From: Synechococcus sp.
GTDB lineage: Bacteria; Cyanobacteriota; Cyanobacteriia; Thermostichales; PCC-7336
Direction of reading: 5' to 3'
DNA length: 38,676 nucleotides
Assembly (NCBI GenBank): GCA_051439425.1
Contig: JBFRWD010000051.1
Location: 1-38,676 of the forward strand
The translations under genes were made by a program, and so were the position numbers. Below the pieces are notes generated by a model. The model did no database searches. It was not told where the DNA came from and was given only the letters and a program-made list of their open reading frames with translations. Of the stretch, positions 20,140 to 29,696 are shown one piece after another (positions within the stretch are counted from its first letter, which is position 1; each line of letters starts with the position of its first letter).

Positions 20140-20269
20140 AAGAAACCGCTACTGTGCTACCGAGCATGAAATATCAGGCCTTCTCAAGCCTTTGCGAGCG
20201 TTATGAATTTCTCAGCCGCTAATTCTCAATTAGGATAGTTAATGACCTCATAGTAACCGATGACTTTTC

Positions 20270-20521
20270 ATGGCTGGTAAGCAAGAACGAAAGCTAGAGG
20301 ATCGTTTCATCGAGAACGTCTCCCGCTACCCTCTCTACATCTTCTCCGTCATGCTGGGGGGGCTGTGGGTACTGATTAAGCCTTTGGTCGAGCTTTACAA
20401 ACGAAGTAAAGTGGCGGCGATTTTGGTTTCGATGGCTTTTGTCTTCGGTCTGGCTTTCGTTTACTTAACCTTAAGGGCGATGACCGGTGACCTGTGGTTG
20501 CCAACAAGCCTTGCTTCCTAA
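20270..20521 (+). CDS. DUF751 family small membrane protein
   Basis: FIENVSRYPLY..LTLRAM motif; usual cyanobacterial position upstream of rbfA. Confidence 0.85.
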   Translation: MAGKQERKLEDRFIENVSRYPLYIFSVMLGGLWVLIKPLVELYKRSKVAAILVSMAFVFGLAFVYLTLRAMTGDLWLPTSLAS

Positions 20522-20673
20522 CTCTTTTACACAGATTGGCTTCTGATGGATGACCATTGCACCATCAGTTATATAAATTGACAGGTGGCTGTATTGTTCT
20601 CCGCTATTTGTGCAATCTGCCCTATTACGTACCAAATGCTGATTCCCTATCCAGCGCTGTCTGAGGAGTCCCC

Positions 20674-21069
20674 GTGGCAAATGACCGTAGAGTAGCTCGC
20701 GTCTCGTCATCGATTAAGCGAGAAATTAGCCAGATGCTGATGATGGGCATTAAAGACGAGCGGGTGGGCTCTGGCATGATCAGTGTCACGGATGTGGAAG
20801 TCTCGGGCGATCTACAACATGCCAAGGTATTTGTCAGTATTTACGGCACTGAAGATGCCAAAGCTGAGGCGATGGATGGTTTGCATGCCTCAGAGGGCTA
20901 TGTTCGCCGCGAAATTGGCAAGCGAGTACGTTTACGCCGTACCCCGACTGTTACCTTTCACGAGGATACGTCTCTGGAACGAGGAACTCGCGTTCTCTCG
21001 TTGCTGAATAAGCTTGAGGCTGAGCGGAACGGAGATCGTGAGTTCGAGGCTCCTCCTGCCGCAGACTAG
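20674..21069 (+). CDS. rbfA: 30S ribosome-binding factor RbfA
   Basis: [38 protein letters not shown]. Confidence 0.96.
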   Translation: MANDRRVARVSSSIKREISQMLMMGIKDERVGSGMISVTDVEVSGDLQHAKVFVSIYGTEDAKAEAMDGLHASEGYVRREIGKRVRLRRTPTVTFHEDTSLERGTRVLSLLNKLEAERNGDREFEAPPAAD

Positions 21070-21090
21070 TACTGTGCAGACTAGTACTGT
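21061..21090 (+). repeat. 15-bp exact tandem duplication over the rbfA stop
   Basis: GCAGACTAGTACTGT twice in a row. Confidence 0.85.
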
Positions 21091-21408
21091 GTCAGTGGAG
21101 AAGTGATGTGCTAATCGTTACCATCCAGCTTGCTAATGTATTGTTCAGCTTGATGGCACCCCTCATAGTATGCTCGGCAAACCACTAGTGTTGACCTGGC
21201 TCGTTTCAAAGCATTCAACAATTGTCGAGCCCGTTAGCGTCTTCGACCACTCAACTTTAGATCTCTTTGCTAGGGGAGCAGACGCAACACGATGGCAACG
21301 GACGAATCATCAATCAGTATCTCAACCAAGCAGCTTCTGCTTAAATGTTCGTCTTCTGGGAAAACTTGTCTTGAAAATGCGGCGAATTGTCAGAAAGAAA
21401 GGAGAGAT

Positions 21409-21771
21409 TTACAGCTCTTCTGTATCGTTACTGATAGGGTTCATACCCAGCAGCTCAACCTGTAGATGTTCGATCGCCTCAGCTCGCTCGCGATCGCGTA
21501 GCTTTGACAAAAATCCCTGAAATTCCAGGGTTACTGAAGCGTTCTTTTCACGTTCGAGTTCTTCAGCAATCTGCTTGGCCAGCCCACTAAGCAGCGCGGC
21601 CAAATCAAATCTGTGTTCGGCCTCAGCACACAGAGCATCTGCTCGTAGAGGGGCTACACGTTGAGAAAGTTCGCGTTCGTAGTTTTTCTCAATGCAAAAA
21701 CAGATAAAGTTCCACTGACTCAGTTCGTCAGTGTTTAGGAGGCTGCAAAGATCTTCGGAGTGTGACGGCAT
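21409..21771 (-). CDS. Hypothetical protein (helical, acidic)
   Basis: 120-aa ATG ORF with protein-like composition in an otherwise empty interval; no motif recognised. Confidence 0.55.
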   Translation of the reverse strand: MPSHSEDLCSLLNTDELSQWNFICFCIEKNYERELSQRVAPLRADALCAEAEHRFDLAALLSGLAKQIAEELEREKNASVTLEFQGFLSKLRDRERAEAIEHLQVELLGMNPISNDTEEL

Positions 21772-22315
21772 GAATCACGAGCCTCATCGCAGAACGTGGC
21801 ATGTCCGGTACGTACAAATGCGAAAAAGCAGACTAAGTTCGCAGTTAACAGCACCTTTGTGCGCAATTACACGTATTTTACACAATACTGTCCACATACG
21901 TGTATCTACTCACAAAAATTGCAAGACGGATGTCTGAAGGGTATTGTAACTGCGGCTAAATTGGAAGGATTCGAGTTCCCCTTTACTCAAACAAGTAAAT
22001 AACATGCAATGTTCGAGACCCAAGAGCTGAAAATGCATTTGGGATAGCGACCAAAATTTCAACATTCCCACAGGAACAACCTGTGCAACTATTCGTGGAG
22101 GACGGTGCCTTTACGTTACTAATCTTGCGGTAAGGCTTTTTGATGGCAAGACTTCTTGTACTTTGGCTTGCTCGGAAAGTATTCACCAAACACATGCGTG
22201 ACAGCAAGCATATGGACAATCAAGCACCGGTACGCTGAGGTCGTAGCCTGTCATCCTGACTTATTTGGAGGAAATCCATTAAGAACACTTAGCAAAGCGT
22301 AGGTCTACGATGACG

Positions 22316-22852
22316 CTACCAATCATCTGGAATCAGACCGTTGGGTGGCTGAACTTCGACTCGGCCAGTTGTCATGTCCACAACAGGAACAATAGCATTG
22401 ACAAAGGGAATCAGTAGGCTTTTTGACTCTTGAGTCACCTCCAATAGATCGTTTCCTGCAGGGAGCACGGAGGAAATGACTCCCAGAATACGTCCGCTGG
22501 ATTGCTCGATAACCTGCAAGCCGATCAAATCGGCAACGTGATATTCTTCCTCCTCTAACTGCGGTCGATCGTGGGCTGGAACCAATACGGACGCTCCCGT
22601 CCATTCTTCTGCATCATTACGATCTTGAATGCGGTCAAACTGAACTAAATAGAGATTCTTTCCCGGCTGAAGGTTACCTTTCATTAATTGCATGGCAGTG
22701 GGAGGAGCCCCATTTTTCTGCACCCACCGCTCCCCAGGCTGCAAGAAACGCTCTGGAAAATCCGAGTAGCTGCGAATTTTTACTAACCCCTTGAGTCCGT
22801 GGGGAGACTTGATTTTTCCAATCGTTAACCACTGGTTGTCTTGCTCAGGCAT
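22316..22852 (-). CDS. rimM: Ribosome maturation factor RimM
   Basis: IGKIKSPHGLKGLVKI, SDFPERF, YHVADLIGL, AGNDLLEV, LIPFVNAIVPVVD. Alternative TTG start at 22867. Confidence 0.95.
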   Translation of the reverse strand: MPEQDNQWLTIGKIKSPHGLKGLVKIRSYSDFPERFLQPGERWVQKNGAPPTAMQLMKGNLQPGKNLYLVQFDRIQDRNDAEEWTGASVLVPAHDRPQLEEEEYHVADLIGLQVIEQSSGRILGVISSVLPAGNDLLEVTQESKSLLIPFVNAIVPVVDMTTGRVEVQPPNGLIPDDW

Positions 22853-23012
22853 TTTTCCTATGTCCAATATTCTCCATGCGTCTTGGAGTCTCTAGTGTTC
22901 AAAGTCTAAAAATAAAGATGGGAAGTGCTCGTAGGCATACTGGCTTACAGCAAAGTACGTCTTGTCAACAGATGGCATTCGCTATCAATCGATTCACTGC
23001 AATCAATAAGAA

Positions 23013-23052
23013 ATCAGGACGAGCACTTCGCAAGCAAAGCGCTCATCCTGAT
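23013..23052 (-). terminator. Hairpin/terminator downstream of pnp
   Basis: 16-bp stem (ATCAGGATGAGCGCTT / AAGTGCTCGTCCTGAT on the minus strand, two G-U pairs) followed by TTCTTATT. Confidence 0.65.
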
Positions 23053-23120
23053 ATTGTCCTGACAATTGTCGCTGACTTATTCAATCCCCAGCCTCCAGAA
23101 CAGTAGGAGACGGAAGACAG

Positions 23121-25268
23121 TTATTGAGCAGCGGCAGCAGCTTCCCTTGCTTTACTGGCTTCCTCTGCACTAATGCCCAGGCGTGTGAGATTAATTCGAC
23201 CGCGGTTATCAATGCTGCGTACTTTGACTACAACGCGATCGCCAACTGCCAGTTCATCCTCAACTTTGCCCACCCGATAATCGGCAATTTGAGAAATGTG
23301 AATCATGCCTTCTTTCTGAGGTAGGAACTCCGCAAACGCACCGATCGGGATAATTCGGGTAATTTTAGCCATATAAATTTGGCCTTCTTCGACCGTTTTG
23401 GTCATTCCCTCAATAGTCTTGCGAGCCGCTTCGGCTGCTCCTCCTTGGGTGGACGAAACGATGACCGTGCCATCATCTTCAATGTCGATTTTGGCACCAG
23501 TTGCTTCAACAATGCCTTTAATCGTCTTACCACCTGGGCCGATAATCATGCCGATTTGATCGGGCCGAATCTTAAAGGTCAGTAAGCGAGGGGCTGTCGG
23601 GGCCAAATCGTCCCGAGGCGCAGCCAAGACATCTGTCATTTTGCCGAGAATATGCAATCGACCGGATTTAGCTTGTCGAATCGCCTCGCTGACGGTTTCA
23701 ACAGTAATACCTGTGATCTTCATATCCATTTGCAAGGCATTGATGCCGTCTTCGGTTCCTGCCACCTTGAAATCCATATCTCCCAAGAAATCTTCGATTC
23801 CCTGGATATCGGTCAAGATGCGGGTTTCCTCTCCTTCCCTGATCAATCCCATAGCAACACCACCCACAGGTGCAGAAATCGGAACCCCTGCATCCATCAA
23901 CGACAGGGTTGAGCCACAGACCGAGCCCATTGATGTGGAGCCATTGGACGACAACACTTCAGAAACCACCCGCAATACGTAGCCGAAATCAGTGGACGCA
24001 GGCAGAACGGGAAGCAGCGCACGCTCTGCTAAAGCTCCGTGGCCAATTTCTCGGCGACCGGGAGAACGAGCAGGTTTAGTTTCTCCGACAGAGTAGGCAG
24101 GGAAATTGTAGTGATGCAAGTAACGCTTTTCACTAGAGGGATGCAGATCGTCCATCTCTTGGGCATCGTCGGGGGTGCCGAGGGTGGTGATGGAGAGCAC
24201 CTGGGTCAGGCCACGAGTGAATAGGCCACTGCCGTGAACTTTGGGTACTAAACCTGCTTGGCAGGATATGGGGCGAACTTCATCAAGAGCACGACCATCT
24301 ACACGGACGTTCTCCTCGACAATTTGCTTGCGCATCAATGTCTTGGTGAGTGCCTTGAATGCCTTGCCAATCGCTTTGGGATTGTCTCCTAGGTACAGTC
24401 GCAGCTCGTCATCTTCAGAGCGCTCTTCTACGGCAGCAACCACAGCCTCTTTCAGCTCATCTAGAGCCGTATCGCGCTCTTTTTTGCCCAGATATTGCTT
24501 GAGAATTGCTTGAACCTTGTCTTGGGCCTGAGCACCAATAAATTCACCCACGGCAGGATTCTCTTCGGGAGGGGTTCCCTCTACCTTCGGTAACTCAAGC
24601 TCTTTGAATATCTCTTCTTGAGCAGTCAGTAACTCTTGAATCGCTTCGTAAGCAAAGTCGATCGCCTCGATAACATCGTTCTCGGGCAACTGGTTCGCCC
24701 CAGCTTCCACCATGATGATCCCTTCGGCTGTACCAGCCACCACTAAGTCAAGGTCGCCGGCAGCTACCTCTGCATAAGTGGGATTAATAATGAAATCGTC
24801 GTTTAACAAGCCTACTCGAACAGCAGCCACAGGACCTGCAAACGGAGTACCTGCCATACGCACAGCCACCGAAGCTGCCGTGATGCACAGGACATCTGGG
24901 GGAACGGTCTCGTCTATCGACAGAGTGGTAGCAACAATTTGTACGTCATCCCGCAGCCAGCCGGGAAACAACGGGCGCATCGGGCGATCGATGAGCCGAG
25001 AGGTAAGAGTTGCCCGTTCGGGAGGTCGCCCCTCTCTACGCATAAAACTGCCAGGGATGCGACCCGCTGCGTACAGTCGCTCTTCGTAATCCACCATGAG
25101 GGGCATGAAATCAATGCCAGGTCGCCCTTTCTGTTGGGTAGCAGTTACAAGAATGCAAGTGTCTCCCGAGGTAATCTTTACCGCTCCTCCAGCCTGTGGT
25201 GCAAGCACGCCGGTAGAGATTTCGATTTCCCGTCCGTAGAAGGAAATCGACTTGCGATATTCGGTCAT
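23121..25268 (-). CDS. pnp: Polyribonucleotide nucleotidyltransferase (PNPase)
   Basis: Two RNase PH domains ([36 protein letters not shown]), KH ([10 protein letters not shown]) and S1 (EGMIHISQI). Confidence 0.98.
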   Translation of the reverse strand: MTEYRKSISFYGREIEISTGVLAPQAGGAVKITSGDTCILVTATQQKGRPGIDFMPLMVDYEERLYAAGRIPGSFMRREGRPPERATLTSRLIDRPMRPLFPGWLRDDVQIVATTLSIDETVPPDVLCITAASVAVRMAGTPFAGPVAAVRVGLLNDDFIINPTYAEVAAGDLDLVVAGTAEGIIMVEAGANQLPENDVIEAIDFAYEAIQELLTAQEEIFKELELPKVEGTPPEENPAVGEFIGAQAQDKVQAILKQYLGKKERDTALDELKEAVVAAVEERSEDDELRLYLGDNPKAIGKAFKALTKTLMRKQIVEENVRVDGRALDEVRPISCQAGLVPKVHGSGLFTRGLTQVLSITTLGTPDDAQEMDDLHPSSEKRYLHHYNFPAYSVGETKPARSPGRREIGHGALAERALLPVLPASTDFGYVLRVVSEVLSSNGSTSMGSVCGSTLSLMDAGVPISAPVGGVAMGLIREGEETRILTDIQGIEDFLGDMDFKVAGTEDGINALQMDMKITGITVETVSEAIRQAKSGRLHILGKMTDVLAAPRDDLAPTAPRLLTFKIRPDQIGMIIGPGGKTIKGIVEATGAKIDIEDDGTVIVSSTQGGAAEAARKTIEGMTKTVEEGQIYMAKITRIIPIGAFAEFLPQKEGMIHISQIADYRVGKVEDELAVGDRVVVKVRSIDNRGRINLTRLGISAEEASKAREAAAAAQ

Positions 25269-25522
25269 TCTGTCGTTATCTCTTTTTCTTTCGTTGCAGC
25301 TATCGTATCATCGGAGGTTGGCTGAAATCAGTTGGCAGCAATTGAGGAACACCCAAATCAAAGCAGAACGTCAAAAAATTAATTTCACGTTTAGCTGCAT
25401 TATTTGAATTCGAAATTTTGTAATTCAACTCCACAGTCAACAAGACGTTATCGATAGCAGTTCATTACCACGGAGTCGTTCCCCAAACGTCGTGCCCCAT
25501 ACGTCGAGCAGCAAGAGATAGA

Positions 25523-25593
25523 AGCGGGTGCCGGGACTCGAACCCGGTTCTCTAGCTTGGAAGGCTAGGGCACAACCCATATACCACACCCGC
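25523..25593 (-). tRNA. tRNA-Gly (anticodon TCC), 71 nt, CCA not encoded
   Basis: GCGGGTG TG GTAT ATGGGTT GTGC C CTAGC CTTCCAA GCTAG AGAA CCGGG TTCGAGT CCCGG CACCCGC T folds as a full cloverleaf with U73 discriminator. Confidence 0.95.
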
Positions 25594-25620
25594 ACATAAC
25601 CCAGTCAAAACAGGACTCAT

Positions 25621-25742
25621 AAAAACATAAAGGCCCCACCTGACACAGTGTCGCTGGAGCACATCATTGAAAAGTCTGTTGATGCAAAACAAATTTCCTG
25701 GGTGGAGACAGAAACCGAGGGGGGTCAGCTCCTGCCTCCGGA
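25621..25742 (-). ncRNA. Candidate structured leader/sRNA upstream of tRNA-Gly
   Basis: 15-bp stem with 4 G-U pairs and a CCCCCC loop (25704-25739), a second short hairpin, and a terminator-like stem (25633-25660) with U-tract; the G-U pairs fix the strand as minus. Confidence 0.55.
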
Positions 25743-25747
25743 TAGCC

Positions 25748-25756
25748 ATAATAACA
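25748..25756 (-). promoter_or_regulatory. Extended -10 promoter element
   Basis: TGtTATTAT on the minus strand, 8 nt before the first hairpin of the leader. Confidence 0.5.
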
Positions 25757-25864
25757 CCAGGTCTTTCTAATGGCACGCTTGTGCGAAAAACTTTGTTCAA
25801 AGCGAACCACAAAGCTATAGGCAACCACTAGCTCTTTCTGTGCAATTTAAGCCTGGATATGCCT

Positions 25865-26368
25865 CTAAAGGGGAACTGGGGATGACAACGTAGATTGTGA
25901 GGACGTTAGTGAAACGGACTTGAAATCTTGAGCCGTATCCAGAACAACTGCCGGGCAATTGATGGTTTGGCGACTGTCGTCGAAACAGCTCATGTCTTGG
26001 ATCTCTATGGCTAGCTCGTCGCAGTCGACCTCAAAGTTATGAATGGAGATATCTTCTTTTCGCACAACCTCGAGCCCGTCGTATCCGGTCAAGATAGCTT
26101 CAAACGGAATTTCGGTTATCGATGAAGCATCTGGCCCGGTCATGCGCAACATTGCTTCGACCCTGCGTACAGGCTGTTCTATTCCTGTATATAGCAGGGT
26201 CTTGGGACGACAGAATTCGGCGGTAGGGTCAGGGTAAACCGATACTGTGAGCTCTTCGGTTGGCTTAAGGTGGGATTCGGGAAGGCTTGCAGAATCAACG
26301 GGACTACAAGCGGCGGCTGTCGCTAGTGCAACTAGCGCGATGCTAGTGCGATAGGGGTGAATTTGCAT
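25865..26368 (-). CDS. Hypothetical lipoprotein
   Basis: ATG 26368, signal peptide with lipobox-like TAAAC and four further Cys in the mature part. Confidence 0.65.
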   Translation of the reverse strand: MQIHPYRTSIALVALATAAACSPVDSASLPESHLKPTEELTVSVYPDPTAEFCRPKTLLYTGIEQPVRRVEAMLRMTGPDASSITEIPFEAILTGYDGLEVVRKEDISIHNFEVDCDELAIEIQDMSCFDDSRQTINCPAVVLDTAQDFKSVSLTSSQSTLSSPVPL

Positions 26369-26903
26369 TGAAATCGGGGGAATGAGAGTGAGGGGAAGCC
26401 AAGATGCCATTGTTGTTGGCAAATAGTGAGTTGAGGCAACAGTTTTACCAAAACTTTACCTATTGTATTGAATCAACATCACCTTGAAGATGTCAAAATT
26501 TGGACAATCCTTTACATCAGTTGCTGGCCAGATCTCCTTTGTTTCCAGTCGTTCCATCTGCAATGTCCTCATGAACCGTTGTAGACGGCCTTGTGTTGTA
26601 ACCACAATTGAACTTTATGCAGCTCATCCCGGAAATTTTGATACCATTCTGCGCGCGCTCTCAACTCTTCGTAAGTGGGTCGGACTAGTATCGATAAATC
26701 TTGCAATCAGCGATCTCATATTTTTGCTTCGAGCGGTTTCGCTCTTGCAATCAATGCACGCCCCACTGTGGCAGGGAATGGAGATGTGCTCGATCTCCTT
26801 CCCGAAAAAGGACTGGCAAAGGGAAAAATCCGTACAGAGTTGTAACAAGGAAAAGCCCATTGAGTTCGCGCACTATCATAGAGACAACATCTTAGGCAGT
26901 GCA

Positions 26904-27563
26904 GTGGATCTGGCAGCATTAGCAACACAATTGGATAGCGATCGGCCGGCCGATCGCATGCTAGCACTGGTGCAATTAAGAGAGGTGCCGGACGAACAGG
27001 CAGTACCACTGATTCTGAAAGTAGTAAATGACGAGCACCAACAGGTGCGTGCATTTGCTGTGTTTGCCCTCGGCACTAAGCATACGGAAGCATGTCTACC
27101 TGTGTTGCAGGAAATTTTGAATTCGGACGAAGATTACGGTATCCGTGCGGATGCAGCCGGAGCATTGGGATATTTGGAAGACCAGAGGGCATATGAAGCT
27201 CTAGTGCGGGCGTTTTATGAAGACGTCGCATGGCTGGTTCGATTTAGTGCGGCTGTGGCACTTGGCAATCTCAAAGACCCAAGAGCATACGAGCTGCTCG
27301 TTGCTGCGTTGGATGAGTCAGATGGGTTGATTCAGCAGGGGGCGATCGCCGCTTTAGGGGAAATTGGCGATCCTCGGGCAGTTAGCCATATTCTTAGATT
27401 TGCTCAATCGGAAGACTGGCTGGTGAGGCAAAGACTCGCCCAAGCATTAGGCAATTTGCCAACATCCAAAAGTCGTTCTGCCCTAGAGTATCTATCTCGC
27501 GATCCGCAGAGTACGGTCGCGTCCACTGCCCTACACGCACTCCGCCGACTTGATTCAAACTAG
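26904..27563 (+). CDS. HEAT-repeat protein, PBS lyase/NblB-like
   Basis: Repeats QVRAFAVFALG, GIRADAAGALG, LVRFSAAVALG, LVRQRLAQALG. GTG 26904 preferred; the 140-codon upstream extension looks non-coding. Confidence 0.9.
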   Translation: MDLAALATQLDSDRPADRMLALVQLREVPDEQAVPLILKVVNDEHQQVRAFAVFALGTKHTEACLPVLQEILNSDEDYGIRADAAGALGYLEDQRAYEALVRAFYEDVAWLVRFSAAVALGNLKDPRAYELLVAALDESDGLIQQGAIAALGEIGDPRAVSHILRFAQSEDWLVRQRLAQALGNLPTSKSRSALEYLSRDPQSTVASTALHALRRLDSN

Positions 27564-27622
27564 CCAAGACCATAAAAATCTGTCGTCTCTTCGCAATCGC
27601 CGCTTTCTGCAATTAGACCAAC

Positions 27623-27658
27623 AAAAACCTGGAGATGGAATGGGTACCACATCCAGGT
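27623..27658 (-). terminator. Terminator after rplS (between convergent genes)
   Basis: ACCTGGA..TCCAGGT stem (10 of 12 paired) with a T-tract on the minus strand. Confidence 0.6.
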
Positions 27659-27686
27659 CTGCTGCGAAATCGGCTTAGTGAAAAAG

Positions 27687-28052
27687 TTAGCTCTCTTTGC
27701 GATCGAAACGCTGCTTAATACGGGTCGCCTTGCCAATGCGATCTCGGAGGTAATAAAGCTTGGCGCGACGTACTTTACCGCGTCGGGTTACTTTGATGGA
27801 TTCGATACGCGGAGAATGAACGGGAAATACACGTTCGACCCCGACTCCTTGGAAAATTTTACGGACGGTGATGGTCTTGTTCGCACCACTGTTGTTCTCA
27901 GCGATTACGGTGCCTTCATAAGGCTGAACCCGTTCCTTGCTGCCTTCCCGAATACGAACACCTACCTTCACGGTGTCACCGATATAGATTTTCGGGAGGT
28001 CTGTTTTGATATATTCGGCCTCGATCGAGCGGATAATTTCTTGAGCGTGCAT
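27687..28052 (-). CDS. rplS: 50S ribosomal protein L19
   Basis: [40 protein letters not shown]. Confidence 0.98.
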   Translation of the reverse strand: MHAQEIIRSIEAEYIKTDLPKIYIGDTVKVGVRIREGSKERVQPYEGTVIAENNSGANKTITVRKIFQGVGVERVFPVHSPRIESIKVTRRGKVRRAKLYYLRDRIGKATRIKQRFDRKES

Positions 28053-28307
28053 AGCGTGTCTCGAATTTCGCAGAATTACATCTTATCACCCAAGTTGAAG
28101 ATCGAAATGCAAATTTGATAATCAGTCGAACTGCCCTATGGACTGGTCTCAAATTCCAAGAGCTGCAAGCCCTCTGGGTCAGATTGACGGTGTCGCAATG
28201 AGACCAAGCCCCAAGCTTTACAACGCAAAATTACCCAAACCGACAACCTGCCGACAGATCCAAGACTACGCGCCGATATGCTGATAACACCGGGTTGAAG
28301 GAAATAA

Positions 28308-29633
28308 GTGGCTGAGACAATTGTGACTCAACTGGAAGCGTTGCTTGGGACTGAGTCGATCGAGGGAAGGGGAGACGTAGAGCCGCTGCTGCAGGCTGCA
28401 TTGGACAACATTTCCCATGACTCACAAGTGAAAGCAGTCGTCTTTCCAAACACTACCGAGCAATTGGCCGAAGTCGTTACTTGGGCCGCTCGCGATCGCC
28501 ATTCGTTACTACCACTGGGGTCGGGGAGCAAGCTCGGCTGGGGAAACTCGATACCCAATGCCCCATCAAGGAAAACAGTGATTGCAGTTAGTCTGGCTCG
28601 ACTCAACCGGCTGGTGGAGCATGCAGTCGGAGATTTGACCTTAACGGCTGAGGCAGGAAGTCGGATCGAAGCGCTGCAACAGACGCTACAGCCAGTTCAT
28701 CAACAGCTTGGGGTCGATCCTGCGTTTCCCGATCAAGTTACGTTGGGGGGAATGGTGGCAACAGCAGACCAGGGATCGCTACGGCAGGGTTATGGTGGCA
28801 TTCGCGATCGCGTCTTAGGCATTACGTTTGTGAGATCGGACGGGAAAGTGGTCAGTGCTGGCGGCAGGGTCGTGAAAAACGTCGCGGGCTATGACCTCAT
28901 GAAGCTCATGAGTGGAGCTCATGGCACCCTCGGGATTTTGGCCCAAATGACCCTACGGCTTTACCCACTTCCAGAAGCGTCAAAAACACTAATTGTCTCT
29001 GGTGCTCTGGATCGATTGGCAGCCCTTGTCAATCGCATCCGCGCATCCAGCCTGAGTCCTGCAAAATTTGATTGGCTATCTCCCGCTTGCGCGAATGTCA
29101 TCCTGAATGAATCGAACCACCAACCGGCAATCGCCCTGCAATTTCAGAACCTTTCGGCCAGTGTCGAACAGCAAGGAGAACTCGTTGCGGATTGGGCAAA
29201 CGAAGAAAGCTTGGAGGCGATCGTGATTGATGATGGGGGGCCTATTTGGCGAGACATTCAGACAGCTCTTGGACGCCAACAGGTCATTCATACAAACAAA
29301 ACAGTGGGCTGCAAATTCGGACTCCTCCCAGTCAAGGCAGCAAACTTCCTTGAAGCATTAGAACCATCCGTACACGCTCAAATCCATGCCGGGAGTGGAA
29401 TAGGTTGGGCTTGTTTCCCAACCGTACCGTCCGTTGAAACTCTGCTGAGTTTGCGCAAACTCTGTCAGCAGAACAGCGGCTATTTCTCCGTCTTGCAAGC
29501 TCCCACAGACTTCAAAAACGGTCTCGATATCTGGGGCTATGCTGAGGACAGCCTCGGATTGATGCGCGCGATCGCCCACAAGTTTGACCCCAATCAATTG
29601 TTTATTCCCGAGCGCTTATTCCCTTCTCGCTAG
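28308..29633 (+). CDS. glcE: Glycolate oxidase FAD-binding subunit
   Basis: FAD_binding_4 domain (GSGSKLGWG, TLGGMVAT, GGRVVKNVAGYDLMKL, HGTLG); adjacent to glcF. Confidence 0.88.
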   Translation: MAETIVTQLEALLGTESIEGRGDVEPLLQAALDNISHDSQVKAVVFPNTTEQLAEVVTWAARDRHSLLPLGSGSKLGWGNSIPNAPSRKTVIAVSLARLNRLVEHAVGDLTLTAEAGSRIEALQQTLQPVHQQLGVDPAFPDQVTLGGMVATADQGSLRQGYGGIRDRVLGITFVRSDGKVVSAGGRVVKNVAGYDLMKLMSGAHGTLGILAQMTLRLYPLPEASKTLIVSGALDRLAALVNRIRASSLSPAKFDWLSPACANVILNESNHQPAIALQFQNLSASVEQQGELVADWANEESLEAIVIDDGGPIWRDIQTALGRQQVIHTNKTVGCKFGLLPVKAANFLEALEPSVHAQIHAGSGIGWACFPTVPSVETLLSLRKLCQQNSGYFSVLQAPTDFKNGLDIWGYAEDSLGLMRAIAHKFDPNQLFIPERLFPSR

Positions 29634-29696
29634 CGTGTGCGTGCATTTCTTGCCTGATAGTTTCGACATCCATCGCACGCAGGGATTGCTTGATCC

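Noticed and set aside
25269..25522. Prophage or island attachment at the tRNA 3' end
   Set aside because: No integrase and no duplicated tRNA 3' segment seen in the window; pnp follows directly.
25621..25742. T-box riboswitch interpretation of the tRNA leader
   Set aside because: GCTGA and GGTGG words are present, but there is no TGGNACC T-box, no specifier loop, and stem I is too short.
25552..25824. 90-aa ORF over the tRNA and its leader
   Set aside because: It runs through the tRNA gene; the G-U-rich stems favour an RNA function.
26484..26903. 140-codon N-terminal extension of the HEAT-repeat ORF
   Set aside because: No domain-like character; recognisable sequence begins at GTG 26904.
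27678..28118. 146-aa plus-strand ORF
   Set aside because: Antisense shadow of rplS.
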